A stretch of 64,000 nucleotides of DNA from an uncultured Pseudomonadota bacterium (GTDB lineage: Bacteria; Oederibacteriota; Muellerivitia; Muellerivitales; Muellerivitaceae): the NCBI GenBank assembly GCA_963836235.1, contig CAWIIP010000002.1:1760001-1824000 (forward strand), in the 5' to 3' direction. Below are positions 19,051 to 28,630 of this stretch, one piece after another. The stretch's first letter is position 1. Each line of letters begins with the position of its first letter. Under the pieces are notes generated by a model. That model had not been told where the DNA came from. It did not search any database and saw only the letters and a program-made list of their open reading frames with translations. The translations under genes and the position numbers were made by a program.

Positions 19051-19695
19051 TCAAAATTTCCGGGGAGTCTTCAACCGAAGATGGAAGCCCACGCCATCCC
19101 GGATAGGCAACATTGAAGAGGCAAAGTTCTTGTCGTTCCAAAATAGTTTCGTGTATTCCAGGATAGCCTTTGTCGTGGCATCGGGGTTACCTTGAGCCAC
19201 TTTACCCGACCACAAAAGGTTATCGGTGATCACGATGTTTCCGGGCTGTGCCCGCTTGGCAATGGCCCGATAGGCGTCCGGATAGCCGTCCTTGTCGATG
19301 TCACAATAATAGATATCGAATTTTCCGGGAGTTTTATTGAGGCTTTCGATGGCGTCACCGGCGTGGAAACGGATTTTTTTCAAGAGACCCGCTTTTTTGA
19401 AATAGTGATAAGCCAGCTTGGTGTTCTTAGGGTCGCCGTCGGTATGGTGGACGATTCCGGAGGGCGGTAGAGCCAGAGCGAACCACATGGTGGAATAACC
19501 AAAGCCCGAACCCAACTCAAAGACCTTTTTGGCCTTTGAAAGAACCGCAAGCTGGTATAAAACCCGCCCCACCTCGCAATTGACGATGGGAAAATGCCTG
19601 GACTCACCATAGGCTTGCATTTCCTTGAGGATGGGGTGGTCGATTTGGCCCAGCGTATAGAGGTATTTCTTAACCGGCTCCTGGAAGATGGCCAT
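19051..19695 (-). CDS. Class I SAM-dependent O-methyltransferase (YrrM/COMT-like)
   Basis: FELGSGFGYS, FD...DIDK.GY, DNLLWSG, LPIRDG motifs. Confidence 0.88.
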   Translation of the reverse strand: MAIFQEPVKKYLYTLGQIDHPILKEMQAYGESRHFPIVNCEVGRVLYQLAVLSKAKKVFELGSGFGYSTMWFALALPPSGIVHHTDGDPKNTKLAYHYFKKAGLLKKIRFHAGDAIESLNKTPGKFDIYYCDIDKDGYPDAYRAIAKRAQPGNIVITDNLLWSGKVAQGNPDATTKAILEYTKLFWNDKNFASSMLPIRDGVGFHLRLKTPRKF

Positions 19696-19701
19696 GGCGG
19701 A

Positions 19702-20184
19702 TTAACCCCCGAAATCGCGAAGTAAATAAAAAAAGTAAACCGTTCCGGAAATGATCACGACCAAGTTTAAAAGGCTGGAAATGCCATGGGCCTTTCCGAA
19801 ATCCTTTGAAAGAGAGTCTATCTTGGGTTGGTCCTTGGCTTCCTTGGCGGCTTGCCTCTCGATCCGTAGCCGCGAGACCTTGGGTCCGATCCAAAGGCCC
19901 TGGCCCAAGGAGAACAAAAGCATCAGGCACAGCATCGTAATTTTGACGCAGTCCTGGGGAACATAGCTTTTCAGCGGATGGAGCAAGTGGAAGGTAACGA
20001 CCAGTAGGGTTCCGCAGATGTAGCTGATCAGGTAATAGGCGGGGAAAAGATGGCTTTGGACCTCGCCAAAAAGAGGGCGGGAGAGGGTTTTAAAAAGAAC
20101 GGGAGCCTGAATAAAAGTGAAATAAAGCAGGGTGCCGTACCAAAAAGTGAAGGTAAAGAAGTGGACGAAACGAAGAAAAATCAT
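19702..20184 (-). CDS. DUF4149/TMEM205-like membrane protein
   Basis: 'APVLFKTL....G.VQ..LFP.Y' and 'F.K.HG.SSLLNL' motifs. Confidence 0.8.
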   Translation of the reverse strand: MIFLRFVHFFTFTFWYGTLLYFTFIQAPVLFKTLSRPLFGEVQSHLFPAYYLISYICGTLLVVTFHLLHPLKSYVPQDCVKITMLCLMLLFSLGQGLWIGPKVSRLRIERQAAKEAKDQPKIDSLSKDFGKAHGISSLLNLVVIISGTVYFFYLLRDFGG

Positions 20185-20282
20185 TGGGCCTCCTTATCGA
20201 TGGGACATTGTAGGGTTTGTTCCCAGTGATTTTCAACGAATCGATTATAATGTGGCCCACTTCTTTTGAAAAAAGGTCGAAG

Positions 20283-20630
20283 ATGGGAACTGAAAAAAAA
20301 GCCAAAATTGTTTTCCCAAAAACGGGTGAAGAATGCGAAGTGGATTACGACGACACCTTGGTTGATGCCACTTTCCGCTATGACCTGCCTATCCGTTATC
20401 GTTGTGAAAGGGCGGTTTGCACTACCTGCTTGGTGGAAGTTCTGGAAGGAATGAAAAATCTTTCGGAAGCGGAGGAACGGGAAAAACAAACGCTTGCTGC
20501 CATTAAGGCGGAACCTCTTTGGCGCTTGGCCTGTCAGGTTTCAGTGTTAGGCGACGTGAAGCTGGACTATATTCCGATTACGGATATTCGCCGCAAACCT
20601 AGCTCAACCCAAGAAACCGACGTCCTTTAA
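20283..20630 (+). CDS. 2Fe-2S ferredoxin
   Basis: CERAVCTTC ... RLACQ cysteine pattern. Confidence 0.88.
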   Translation: MGTEKKAKIVFPKTGEECEVDYDDTLVDATFRYDLPIRYRCERAVCTTCLVEVLEGMKNLSEAEEREKQTLAAIKAEPLWRLACQVSVLGDVKLDYIPITDIRRKPSSTQETDVL

Positions 20631-21133
20631 AGCTTTGGTAATTGTTCCCGCAGGTGAAGGTATTCCTGCACGCCCGCTAGGATGGATTTAACTTCTCCAT
20701 CCGTTATCCGTCGGACGATTTTTCCGGGAACTCCCAAGACTAAAGACCGAGCCGGAATTTTTGCCCCTTCCAAAACTATCGCTCCGGCTCCGATGATGCA
20801 TTCGTCGCCGATCACGGCGCCGGTCAGAATGGTCGAGTTGATGCCGATCAGGCAGCGGTTTCCGACGGTACAGGCATGCACGCAAGCCTTATGGCCGACC
20901 ACGCAGTCTTCCCCAATGGTGGCTGGATAGTTCGTATCGGTATGAAATACACAACCATCCTGGATGTTGGTGCGGTTTCCCACCCAAATGGCGGCCATAT
21001 CACCCCGTAACACGGCTGATGGCCAAAGGCTGACGTCATCGCCCAAAGCGACCTGGCCTATGACGATTGCTGATTCATGGACACGAACATTTATTCCGAA
21101 AGTGGGTTTATGGCTTTGATAGGGCTGGATCAT
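20627..21133 (-). CDS. Gamma carbonic anhydrase family protein (YrdA/PaaY-like)
   Basis: Hexapeptide repeats, LRGD, NIQD, His ligands (FHT, GHK..HA). Confidence 0.9.
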   Translation of the reverse strand: MIQPYQSHKPTFGINVRVHESAIVIGQVALGDDVSLWPSAVLRGDMAAIWVGNRTNIQDGCVFHTDTNYPATIGEDCVVGHKACVHACTVGNRCLIGINSTILTGAVIGDECIIGAGAIVLEGAKIPARSLVLGVPGKIVRRITDGEVKSILAGVQEYLHLREQLPKL

Positions 21134-21564
21134 GATCGAGTCTCATTCGGTGGGACACAAGTCACTTCCAATTTGATCCTATCAGGGCCTTCAAAATAAA
21201 CCGCGTAATAATTTTTATGATACTCGGGAAAATAACGAGGGCTGTCGTAAAGAATCTTGATGTTTCCTTTTTTCAAAAAATCCCGGGTAAAGTTCTTGAC
21301 GGCTTGTAAGGAATCAACTCCAAAGGAAATGTGATTCAAACCGGGAGCCTTACGGTGGAATTTTCTTTTGGAATGATTCTTGGCCGATTGAATAATCCAA
21401 AAGTCGGTCGTGCCATTACTCGCACCCAAATGTTCCGGGCTTTCATCCACTATCCGATAACCCAGGTGAGAAAAAAACTCCCGGTAAAAGGGAAGAGACC
21501 GACTTGCGTCGGATATATTTATTTGGATGTGATAAACCGAAGTCCGAGGTCTTCCCGGCCTCAA
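21130..21564 (-). CDS. VOC/glyoxalase family protein
   Basis: HIQINISD..S..FY, GLNHISF, YYAVYFEGPDRIKLE; TTG 21564 overlaps the bcp stop. Confidence 0.85.
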   Translation of the reverse strand: MRPGRPRTSVYHIQINISDASRSLPFYREFFSHLGYRIVDESPEHLGASNGTTDFWIIQSAKNHSKRKFHRKAPGLNHISFGVDSLQAVKNFTRDFLKKGNIKILYDSPRYFPEYHKNYYAVYFEGPDRIKLEVTCVPPNETRS

Positions 21565-22013
21565 AGATTTTCCAATACTTCCTGAATATGGCCCTTCACG
21601 CTCACGGGTGACCAAAGCTTTTTCACCTTGCCGGTTTTATCAATGACGAGGGTAGTACGCACGATACCCATGAATTTGCGGCCCATGAATTTTTTTTTCT
21701 GCCAGACCCCGTATTTCTTCAGCATTTTTTTATCTTCGTCAGATAAAAGTGTAAAAGGAAGTTTGTACTTCTCCTTGAAAGCCCCGTGTTTTTTTACCGG
21801 ATCGGCGCTGACGCCCAAAACGACTGCGCCTTTTTTTTTCACGGCGCTCCAGTTGTCCCGGAAATCACAAGCTTCCTGGGTGCAGCCGGGAGTCATGTCC
21901 TTCGGGTAAAAATACAGCACAACTGTTTTTCCCTTGAAATCCGCTAGTGACACCTTTTGGCCTTGGTCGTCGTCCAATGAGAACAAGGGTGCTTTTTGGC
22001 CTTCTTTAATCAT
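21561..22013 (-). CDS. bcp: Thioredoxin-dependent peroxiredoxin BCP
   Basis: VLYFYPKDMTPGCTQEACDFRD motif. Confidence 0.95.
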   Translation of the reverse strand: MIKEGQKAPLFSLDDDQGQKVSLADFKGKTVVLYFYPKDMTPGCTQEACDFRDNWSAVKKKGAVVLGVSADPVKKHGAFKEKYKLPFTLLSDEDKKMLKKYGVWQKKKFMGRKFMGIVRTTLVIDKTGKVKKLWSPVSVKGHIQEVLENL

Positions 22014-22143
22014 TAGGTGACCTCAATTTAAAATTTGATGCGGCCATCATTAGGGAGGGTTCTTTTGAAAGCAAGCTTGTCAAAGGTAGATGCAGCTCAG
22101 GAAATGGGCTTTTTTTAAGTAAAATTCGTGTAAAAATTGACAT

Positions 22144-22167
22144 AATTGAGACAGAAATGACTCAATT
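22144..22167. promoter_or_regulatory. Palindromic operator in the AT-rich bcp divergent intergenic region
   Basis: AATTGAGACA-GAAA-TGACTCAATT near-perfect dyad next to a TTGACA hexamer. Confidence 0.45.
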
Positions 22168-22366
22168 TAAAATAAACATTGATTGTTCGTTTAACTAAAA
22201 AAGTTAAAAAAACCTTATTTTATGTGTTTTTTTGTAGCCTGTCTTGTTTTAGATGTAACCTTTGAGGTACAAAAGGTGTATTCTTAGCTGATCGGTTTTT
22301 AGCCTACAAATCTTTGCTTTTCGACACATCAAACGTAAGGTCTAAAGCCTTCATAAGGAGGTTGCG

Positions 22367-23071
22367 ATGAACTTCTACTTCTCGTTATTTCAACTTATTG
22401 AAACGGTAGAGCGTTTGGAAAGGGATGTTCAGCATTTGGCTAGCCGCGCCCTCCGAATCAGCCCAAGGGATGCCCGGGCTAATCGAGAGCTTTTGGAACA
22501 ATGCGACAGCAAGATGGGGGAAGTTCGCGTTTTGCTCAACAATAAAACCCACATCAGCAAAATTACGCTTCGCAAAGCCGCTATTCTTTTCCAACTTCTT
22601 GAAATTTTCTATCATCGTGTCCTTCACTTGTCGGCCGCGACTTCCAATGTCGGCCAAGACGACGAAAATTCGGTGAAGGCTGTTTGGCTGATGCTCTCCT
22701 TGGCCCAGAGACACTATCAAGACTTGGTGAAGACCCTTTTCGAATTGACCGGAATCCCAGTTAGTCTCACATTGAATGGTTCCCAAGAACCCTCCGCCCA
22801 CGAGCTTTCGACTATTCTCCAAAAAGAAAGTTCTTACCAGCAAGAGTCTTTGAAGCTTTTGGAAAAAGCTATTGAGGTCTTTGGCGAGGAACAGGAATTG
22901 GCCGATCAGTTAACCCAAGTTCGCAAGGACTTGTTGGAAATCAAAAAACGGATGAAACAATTTTCAACTAGCCATTCGGTTGATAAGCCTGATTTTTCAA
23001 AGGTCGAGAAATCGATTGAAAAATCGGCACCGCACGCGCCTGTTTCCGTTCAGACGCTTTCGAAGAATTAA
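22367..23071 (+). CDS. Hypothetical helical protein, possibly with a degenerate ferritin-like fold
   Basis: AAGGAGG RBS; 'QRHYQDLVKTLFELTGIP' resembles the ferritin-like E..H...L..RI..LGG.P pattern. Confidence 0.65.
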   Translation: MNFYFSLFQLIETVERLERDVQHLASRALRISPRDARANRELLEQCDSKMGEVRVLLNNKTHISKITLRKAAILFQLLEIFYHRVLHLSAATSNVGQDDENSVKAVWLMLSLAQRHYQDLVKTLFELTGIPVSLTLNGSQEPSAHELSTILQKESSYQQESLKLLEKAIEVFGEEQELADQLTQVRKDLLEIKKRMKQFSTSHSVDKPDFSKVEKSIEKSAPHAPVSVQTLSKN

Positions 23072-23170
23072 AGGACAGCAGCTAAACGTGTATTTTGCGC
23101 TTTCGTTGAATTCATATAGGGCTACCTTTCTCCCGTGAGCCCTCGGCGGTATAGGCCACCGGCCCTTTAT

Positions 23171-24421
23171 ATGAAGGCACCGTTCCTCCAGGAAGTTCTG
23201 GATGGGATGGTGGAGTCCGTCAAAATCATCGACAACCGCTACCGCCTCGTTTACGCCAACGAAACCTCGCGAAAAAATCTCGGCCAAGAATTGAACGAAC
23301 TGAGGGGCCGTTCTTGCCACCAGGCTTTCTATGGGTTCAAGGAAAAATGTTTTTTCTGCAACATGGGGAAGGTTTTCGAGCAAGGCCAATCCCTGACAAG
23401 TTATTGCACCCTTGCCATCCGTGGAACCAATCGAGACTTTGAAGTTTCCATTTTTCCGCTTTATGGGGCCAATCGAAAAATTGATTACGCGGTGGAAATC
23501 GTGAGGGACATCACGGCGCTCTCCAAGGGCGCGGCGCTTCCTCAAAACGCGGGAAAGATATCGAGCCGCGACAAGGCCTTCGGCATGGTTTTTGAAAATA
23601 TGGCCCAATGGGCCGAGGATGAAAGGCCGGTCCTGCTGCAGGGTGAAAAGGGAACGGGCAAAAAATCCTTCGCCCAAGCTTTGCACCAGCGCAGTCCGCG
23701 CGCGGGAGGGCCCTTCAGAGTTTTTCATTGCGTGGATAACTCCAGTGGTGACTGTTGTGAAGGTCTTTTCGGCGAGGCCGGTGCCTGGGAAAAGGCAAAG
23801 GGAGGAACCCTCTATCTGGACGGCATCTGCCACCTGGGGGAAGCCAGCCAGAAAAAACTCTCGGAGAAACTTTCCACCCCCCTCGACGAAAGCAATCCCC
23901 GGGTGGTGGCCGCCACTCCTGAGGATATTCTTTCCCTGGTTCATCAGGAAACCATCCGGGTAGACCTTTATAACCGTTTCGCCTCCCGGGTCCTTCGCCT
24001 TCCGGCCTTGCGTGAACGCAAGCAAGATTTGCCATTTCTGGCCCAACATTTCATCGAGACTTATAAAGTCCTCACCGGTTCGCCCGCGGAAAAGCTGGGG
24101 CCGGACGCCCTCTGCCAATTGATGACTTACGCCTGGCCGGGCAATATCCGGGAACTGGAAACCCAGATTGAGCGCGCCTGCCTGATGGCATCGGGCTCTC
24201 AAATCGACCATCTGGACCTGCCTATTTGCGCGCCGACGATGGAAAAGCTGGACGACCTTTTGGACACCACGGAAAAAGCTTATTTAGTGGATGCTTTGAC
24301 AAAAACCCGGGGAGTTTTAGCCCAAACGGCTAAGCACGCTGGATTAAGCCTGAAAACCCTTCAACGAAAAATGAAAAAATACGGATTCAAGGCTGAGGAT
24401 TTCCGAAACCTTCCGGAGTAA
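23171..24421 (+). CDS. PAS + degenerate sigma54-activator AAA+ + Fis-type HTH regulator
   Basis: PAS (GRSCHQAF..CFFC), GEKGTGK, WPGNIREL, HTH; GAFTGA loop absent and Walker B reads LDG. Confidence 0.85.
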   Translation: MKAPFLQEVLDGMVESVKIIDNRYRLVYANETSRKNLGQELNELRGRSCHQAFYGFKEKCFFCNMGKVFEQGQSLTSYCTLAIRGTNRDFEVSIFPLYGANRKIDYAVEIVRDITALSKGAALPQNAGKISSRDKAFGMVFENMAQWAEDERPVLLQGEKGTGKKSFAQALHQRSPRAGGPFRVFHCVDNSSGDCCEGLFGEAGAWEKAKGGTLYLDGICHLGEASQKKLSEKLSTPLDESNPRVVAATPEDILSLVHQETIRVDLYNRFASRVLRLPALRERKQDLPFLAQHFIETYKVLTGSPAEKLGPDALCQLMTYAWPGNIRELETQIERACLMASGSQIDHLDLPICAPTMEKLDDLLDTTEKAYLVDALTKTRGVLAQTAKHAGLSLKTLQRKMKKYGFKAEDFRNLPE

Positions 24422-24429
24422 AACCACTT

Positions 24430-24560
24430 GGCAGTTCACTGTCGGCGGGTCACCGAAGTAAAAAAATGGTCGACTCATTTGCCGGATTCTTTGGCCGCAT
24501 CAATGAAGGGCGAACTTTCAACTGCTTCTTGACGGCCCCCCGACAGCGTTTTAAACTGCC
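24430..24560. other. 131-bp fold-back element (MITE remnant or structured RNA) flanked by AACCACTT/CACCACTT
   Basis: Nested complementary blocks GGCAGTT/AACTGCC, CTGTCGG/CCGACAG, GTCA/TGAC, GAAGTA/TGCTTC, TCATT/AATGA. Confidence 0.45.
24529..24557 (+). promoter_or_regulatory. Sigma70-type promoter for icd
   Basis: TTGACG-17 bp-TAAACT, ~50 bp upstream of the icd start. Confidence 0.65.
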
Positions 24561-24608
24561 CACCACTTAGTTATCCCGCTTGATAAGCCATTCCAAAGGA
24601 GTTTTTCC

Positions 24609-25868
24609 GTGTCCTATACCTATCAAAACGTGAAGCCGCCCAAGGGCGAAAAAGTTTCCATCCAGAACGGAATTTTACAGGTTCCGGACAATCCCGTACT
24701 TCCTTTTATCGAGGGTGACGGCACGGGTCCGGATATTTGGCGAGCTTCGGTACGAGTCTTTGACGCGGCGGTGGAAAAGGCTTATGGCGGCAAGAAAAAA
24801 ATATCATGGTTTGAGGTTTACGCGGGACAGACGGCTTTCGATAAATTCCAGAACTGGCTGCCGGACGATACAGTGGAAGCTTTCAAGGAATATTTAGTGG
24901 GTATCAAGGGTCCCTTGACCACGCCGGTGGGCAAGGGCATCCGTTCCCTCAATGTAGCGCTTCGCCAAATGCTAGACCTTTACGTCTGCTTGCGTCCGGT
25001 CGGCTATTTCACGGGTGTTCCCTCGCCCGTGAAGCATCCAGAGAAAGTGAACATGGTGATTTTCCGGGAAAACACCGAGGATATTTACGCCGGTATCGAG
25101 TGGCAGGAGGGCACGCTTGAGGCCAAAAAGATTATTGAGTGGCTTCAGAAGGAAATGGGAGTTAAGAAAATCCGTTTTCCCCAAACTTCCGGCATCGGCA
25201 TAAAGCCCGTTTCCCAAGAAGGCACCTCAAGACTGGTTCGGGCGGCTATTGAATATGCCATTAAGCACAAGCGCAAGAGCGTCACCTTCGTCCATAAAGG
25301 CAACATCATGAAGTTCACCGAAGGCGCCTTCCGTGACTGGGGTTACGAACTGGCCAAAAAGGAATTCGGCGCGGTGGAACTGGACGGCGGGCCATGGTGC
25401 AAGATACCCGAAGGGAAACCGGGTGCGGGGATCGTCATCAAGGACGCTATCGCCGATATCACCCTCCAACAGGTCTTGACTCGCCCTGAGGACTTTGACG
25501 TCATCGCGACCCTCAACCTTAACGGCGATTATCTTTCCGACGCCCTGGCTGCCCAGGTGGGCGGTATCGGCATTGCGCCGGGTGGCAACATCAACTATGT
25601 AACCGGCCATGCCATCTTCGAGGCTACTCATGGAACAGCCCCTAAATACGCCAACCTGGACAAAGTCAATCCGGGGTCGGTTGTTTTATCGGGTGTCATG
25701 ATGCTGGAGTATATGGGCTGGCTGGAAGCCTCCCGAATGATCGTGAAGGCACTGGAAAAAACCATCGGCCTAAAGGTCGTTACCTACGATTTCGCGCGGT
25801 TGACCGAGGGCGCGAAAGAAGTAAAGTGCTCCGAGTTCGCCACGGCAGTCATCGGGAACATGGCTTGA
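24609..25868 (+). CDS. icd: NADP-dependent isocitrate dehydrogenase
   Basis: [58 protein letters not shown]. Confidence 0.97.
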   Translation: MSYTYQNVKPPKGEKVSIQNGILQVPDNPVLPFIEGDGTGPDIWRASVRVFDAAVEKAYGGKKKISWFEVYAGQTAFDKFQNWLPDDTVEAFKEYLVGIKGPLTTPVGKGIRSLNVALRQMLDLYVCLRPVGYFTGVPSPVKHPEKVNMVIFRENTEDIYAGIEWQEGTLEAKKIIEWLQKEMGVKKIRFPQTSGIGIKPVSQEGTSRLVRAAIEYAIKHKRKSVTFVHKGNIMKFTEGAFRDWGYELAKKEFGAVELDGGPWCKIPEGKPGAGIVIKDAIADITLQQVLTRPEDFDVIATLNLNGDYLSDALAAQVGGIGIAPGGNINYVTGHAIFEATHGTAPKYANLDKVNPGSVVLSGVMMLEYMGWLEASRMIVKALEKTIGLKVVTYDFARLTEGAKEVKCSEFATAVIGNMA

Positions 25869-25900
25869 TTCATTAACCTCGATTTGTTTCTATTTCATTT

Positions 25901-25938
25901 AAGGGAAGGCCTTTCTATGGGGCCTTCCCTTGTTTTTT
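25901..25938 (+). terminator. Intrinsic terminator after icd
   Basis: AAGGGAAGGCC/GGCCTTCCCTT hairpin followed by GTTTTTT. Confidence 0.8.
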
Positions 25939-25948
25939 AGGACCCTTC

Positions 25949-26578
25949 ATGATACCCCACCATATTATCCTCTTCGACCTCGACGGGACCCTCACTTACG
26001 GCATTTCCACGACCCGGTTTCTCTTCCGCCGGGCGGGGGATGAGGCTTTTTTCCGTTTCCTCGAAAAAGAATGGCTGGAAGACCGGATGGATCATCTGAC
26101 CCTGGCCCAAAAGGTCACCCAACGGATGGCGGGTTGGAAAGTGCGGGATATGGAACGAAGCCTGCAGTTAATCCCCAAAGTGAAGGGCATTGGTGAGACC
26201 GTGAAAGCACTTAAAAAGAAGGGGTTTTACACGGCCTTGGCCACCCTCGGTTATGAGTTGAGCGCCCGGTATTTTCAGAAACGTTACGGTTTCGATGAAG
26301 TGCGCGGAACCACAATGGAAACCAACCGGGGAATCATCACGGGCCGGAAGCTCAAGATTTTTGAGGAACATGAGAAGGCCCTCTTCCTTAAGCGCTTGGC
26401 GAAAAACCACCGCTTGACCCTCACCCAAACGGTAGCGGTAGGGGACAGCCGATCCGACCGGGAAGTCTTCAAGATTGCGGGTTTTCGAATCGCCCTGAAC
26501 CAGGACGGCTTCCTTAAGAAAATCGCGGATGTGGATTTGAAAGCCCGGGATATCCGGGTTATCCTCAGGCACCTATGA
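25949..26578 (+). CDS. HAD-IB phosphoserine-phosphatase-like hydrolase
   Basis: FDLDGTL and VAVGDSRSD motifs. Confidence 0.85.
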   Translation: MIPHHIILFDLDGTLTYGISTTRFLFRRAGDEAFFRFLEKEWLEDRMDHLTLAQKVTQRMAGWKVRDMERSLQLIPKVKGIGETVKALKKKGFYTALATLGYELSARYFQKRYGFDEVRGTTMETNRGIITGRKLKIFEEHEKALFLKRLAKNHRLTLTQTVAVGDSRSDREVFKIAGFRIALNQDGFLKKIADVDLKARDIRVILRHL

Positions 26579-27456
26579 GTTTTCGAAAAAACGGTCTTCT
26601 CTTTATTTTTTTCAGCGATCTTTTCTTTGGCTTCCTTCCGATTTTGGTCAAATGGGCCAACCATCAGGGTTATTCGGCCCTTCAAGCCACCTTCTTCCGG
26701 TTTGGATTCGCCTTGGCGGGAATTCTTATACTTACGGTTTGGGGTTGGCAGAAAATAGGGATTGTCAATCACAAGGCCCTGTTCTGGAGGGGATTTTTCG
26801 GCGGTTGGAGCGTCTTCTTTTTTTTTATCACTTTGCAACATAGCACCGCCGCCAAGGCAACCCTTTTAAATTACACTTATTCAATTTGGGCCAATGTGTT
26901 CGACGTGGCGGTTTTTCGGCGCCAGCCGCCGAGGTTTTTTTGGCCAACCCTTCTGATGGCGGGCGTCGGAGTTTGGCTGGTCCTGGGGATCCAATGGTCG
27001 GGTTTCCAGTGGGGGGATGCCACTGGAATCATTTCCGGCATGACGAGCGGGGCGGCAGTTTTGTCCGTCAAGGAAGCCCGGCGTACCGACAACGCCCTGA
27101 GCGTTTTTACCAGTTTTTCGATTTTCGGTTTCTTCATCGCTGGTTTATTTTTGTGGTGGGGACCGGGCCTGGGAATGAATTTGCTGGCGGCTTGGCATCC
27201 CATGGACGAAAGAGGATGGATCCTCCTTCTCTGCATGGGACTGGTGGGGATGTTAGCGCAGGTACTCTTCACCCATGGTTACGGCTATACGAGCCTGGCC
27301 GCGGGCGCACTTTTTTCCCTTTTGGTGCCCGTCTTTGCGGCTCTTTTTGGACTTTTCCTTTTGGGAGAGGGTTTAACGCCGCATTTTGTCTTGGGAACAC
27401 TATTGATTTTGGTAGCCTGTGGGCTTTTGGTTCGGCCCGAAGAACCCCAAGTTTGA
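26575..27456 (+). CDS. DMT/EamA family transporter
   Basis: About 10 TM helices in two EamA repeats (FFRF, A.LL.YT; LLGE). Confidence 0.88.
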   Translation: MSFRKNGLLFIFFSDLFFGFLPILVKWANHQGYSALQATFFRFGFALAGILILTVWGWQKIGIVNHKALFWRGFFGGWSVFFFFITLQHSTAAKATLLNYTYSIWANVFDVAVFRRQPPRFFWPTLLMAGVGVWLVLGIQWSGFQWGDATGIISGMTSGAAVLSVKEARRTDNALSVFTSFSIFGFFIAGLFLWWGPGLGMNLLAAWHPMDERGWILLLCMGLVGMLAQVLFTHGYGYTSLAAGALFSLLVPVFAALFGLFLLGEGLTPHFVLGTLLILVACGLLVRPEEPQV

Positions 27457-27629
27457 TTCCACATTAATCATTTTCCAAAAAAACATGGCGAGCGTTTTAC
27501 CTGAAACTTTAAGGTTAAGACAAACGATATCCGTTTGGCGGTTAAATTTCTTTACCGGTTATTTTCCAAGGCAAGTGATATGCTTTTTAAGAACCCAGGC
27601 AGCTCTCCGGCTGAAACCAGGAGGACGTA

Positions 27630-28064
27630 ATGAAAACAGGATGGATTGAAAAATTCCAAGCAGGCCGAGTGGAAGCGACTCTCAAGGCGGAATTTCAGCT
27701 CTTGACTCCGGCGGAAGCCAAAAAATTATTAACCCAGGAGTCTTACGGTCAAACCACCGTGAATCAGCTGCCACAGCTTTCGGAAAAATCCTCCCTCTAC
27801 CGTGCCATTACAAAAGACATTTTTCGAAGCCAATTGGTTTTGCTCAGCCAAAGCCCCCTGTCCCAAAGGGAAAGGCTGGAAATTGTCCTCCATCTCCCCC
27901 AATTTGAAACTCCCCTTCGGCTTTTGGCCGAAGCGGTTCATGTGGAAACAACTTTGGAAATGGGCCGGAATCTTTTCCATGGCGATTTACTCTTTCTCGC
28001 CATCCACAAGGGCGACGTTGAAAGCCTGGCCCATAGACTTATTCAACAAAGCCAAACTGTTTAA
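27630..28064 (+). CDS. PilZ-like protein with degenerate c-di-GMP motifs
   Basis: Colinear paralog of the next gene (shares LSEKSSLYRA.TKDI, HVETT.EMGR, LAIHKGDV); RxxxR and DxSxxG are lost. Confidence 0.75.
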   Translation: MKTGWIEKFQAGRVEATLKAEFQLLTPAEAKKLLTQESYGQTTVNQLPQLSEKSSLYRAITKDIFRSQLVLLSQSPLSQRERLEIVLHLPQFETPLRLLAEAVHVETTLEMGRNLFHGDLLFLAIHKGDVESLAHRLIQQSQTV

Positions 28065-28171
28065 AATTCTCTTATAATTCCGCCTTTTCAAGCCGCGTTG
28101 ACCCACGGGTGTCTTTCTTTTGGTATCCTATGGGCCGGAAAGAAGTCCATTTTCGGAGCGCGGAGAAGGTT

Positions 28172-28624
28172 ATGGGGCCTAAATCGGGCTGGGTTGAGAA
28201 ACGCCGGCATGAGCGGGTTTTGGCGACATTGAAGATGGAATATCAGGTTGTGAGCGGCCCGGAGGCCAAGACACTCTTGGGCCACGAAAACTATAAGCTT
28301 ACGCAAAAAGAACACCTGCCGGAACTCTCCGAAAAGTCATCCCTCTACCGCGCGGTCACCAAGGATATTTCCCTGGGCGGGCTTTCTCTGGTGAGCCAAC
28401 AGCCGATCCAAAAAGGAACCCTGTTGGAGATATCCCTCCATCTTCCCAATTATAAGACGACCTTGAAATTCCTAGCTGAGATCATGCATGTGGAAACTAC
28501 GGTGGAAATGGGACGCACCCTTTTTCACGCGGGTATCCGTACTTTGGCCATTCACAAGGGCGACGTGGACCGTATCGGTGATTACCTTATCCAACAGAAG
28601 GAAACCGGCGGGTTGGCCCCATGA
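28172..28624 (+). CDS. PilZ domain protein (c-di-GMP receptor)
   Basis: RRHER and DISLGG motifs; RBS before ATG 28172. Confidence 0.85.
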   Translation: MGPKSGWVEKRRHERVLATLKMEYQVVSGPEAKTLLGHENYKLTQKEHLPELSEKSSLYRAVTKDISLGGLSLVSQQPIQKGTLLEISLHLPNYKTTLKFLAEIMHVETTVEMGRTLFHAGIRTLAIHKGDVDRIGDYLIQQKETGGLAP

Positions 28625-28630
28625 CTCTCA

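Noticed and set aside
19034-19141. N-terminal ORF-track extensions (also 3668, 12601, 21615, 38194, 42491, 59908, 63201)
   Set aside because: They overlap neighbouring genes or lack an RBS; downstream starts fit better
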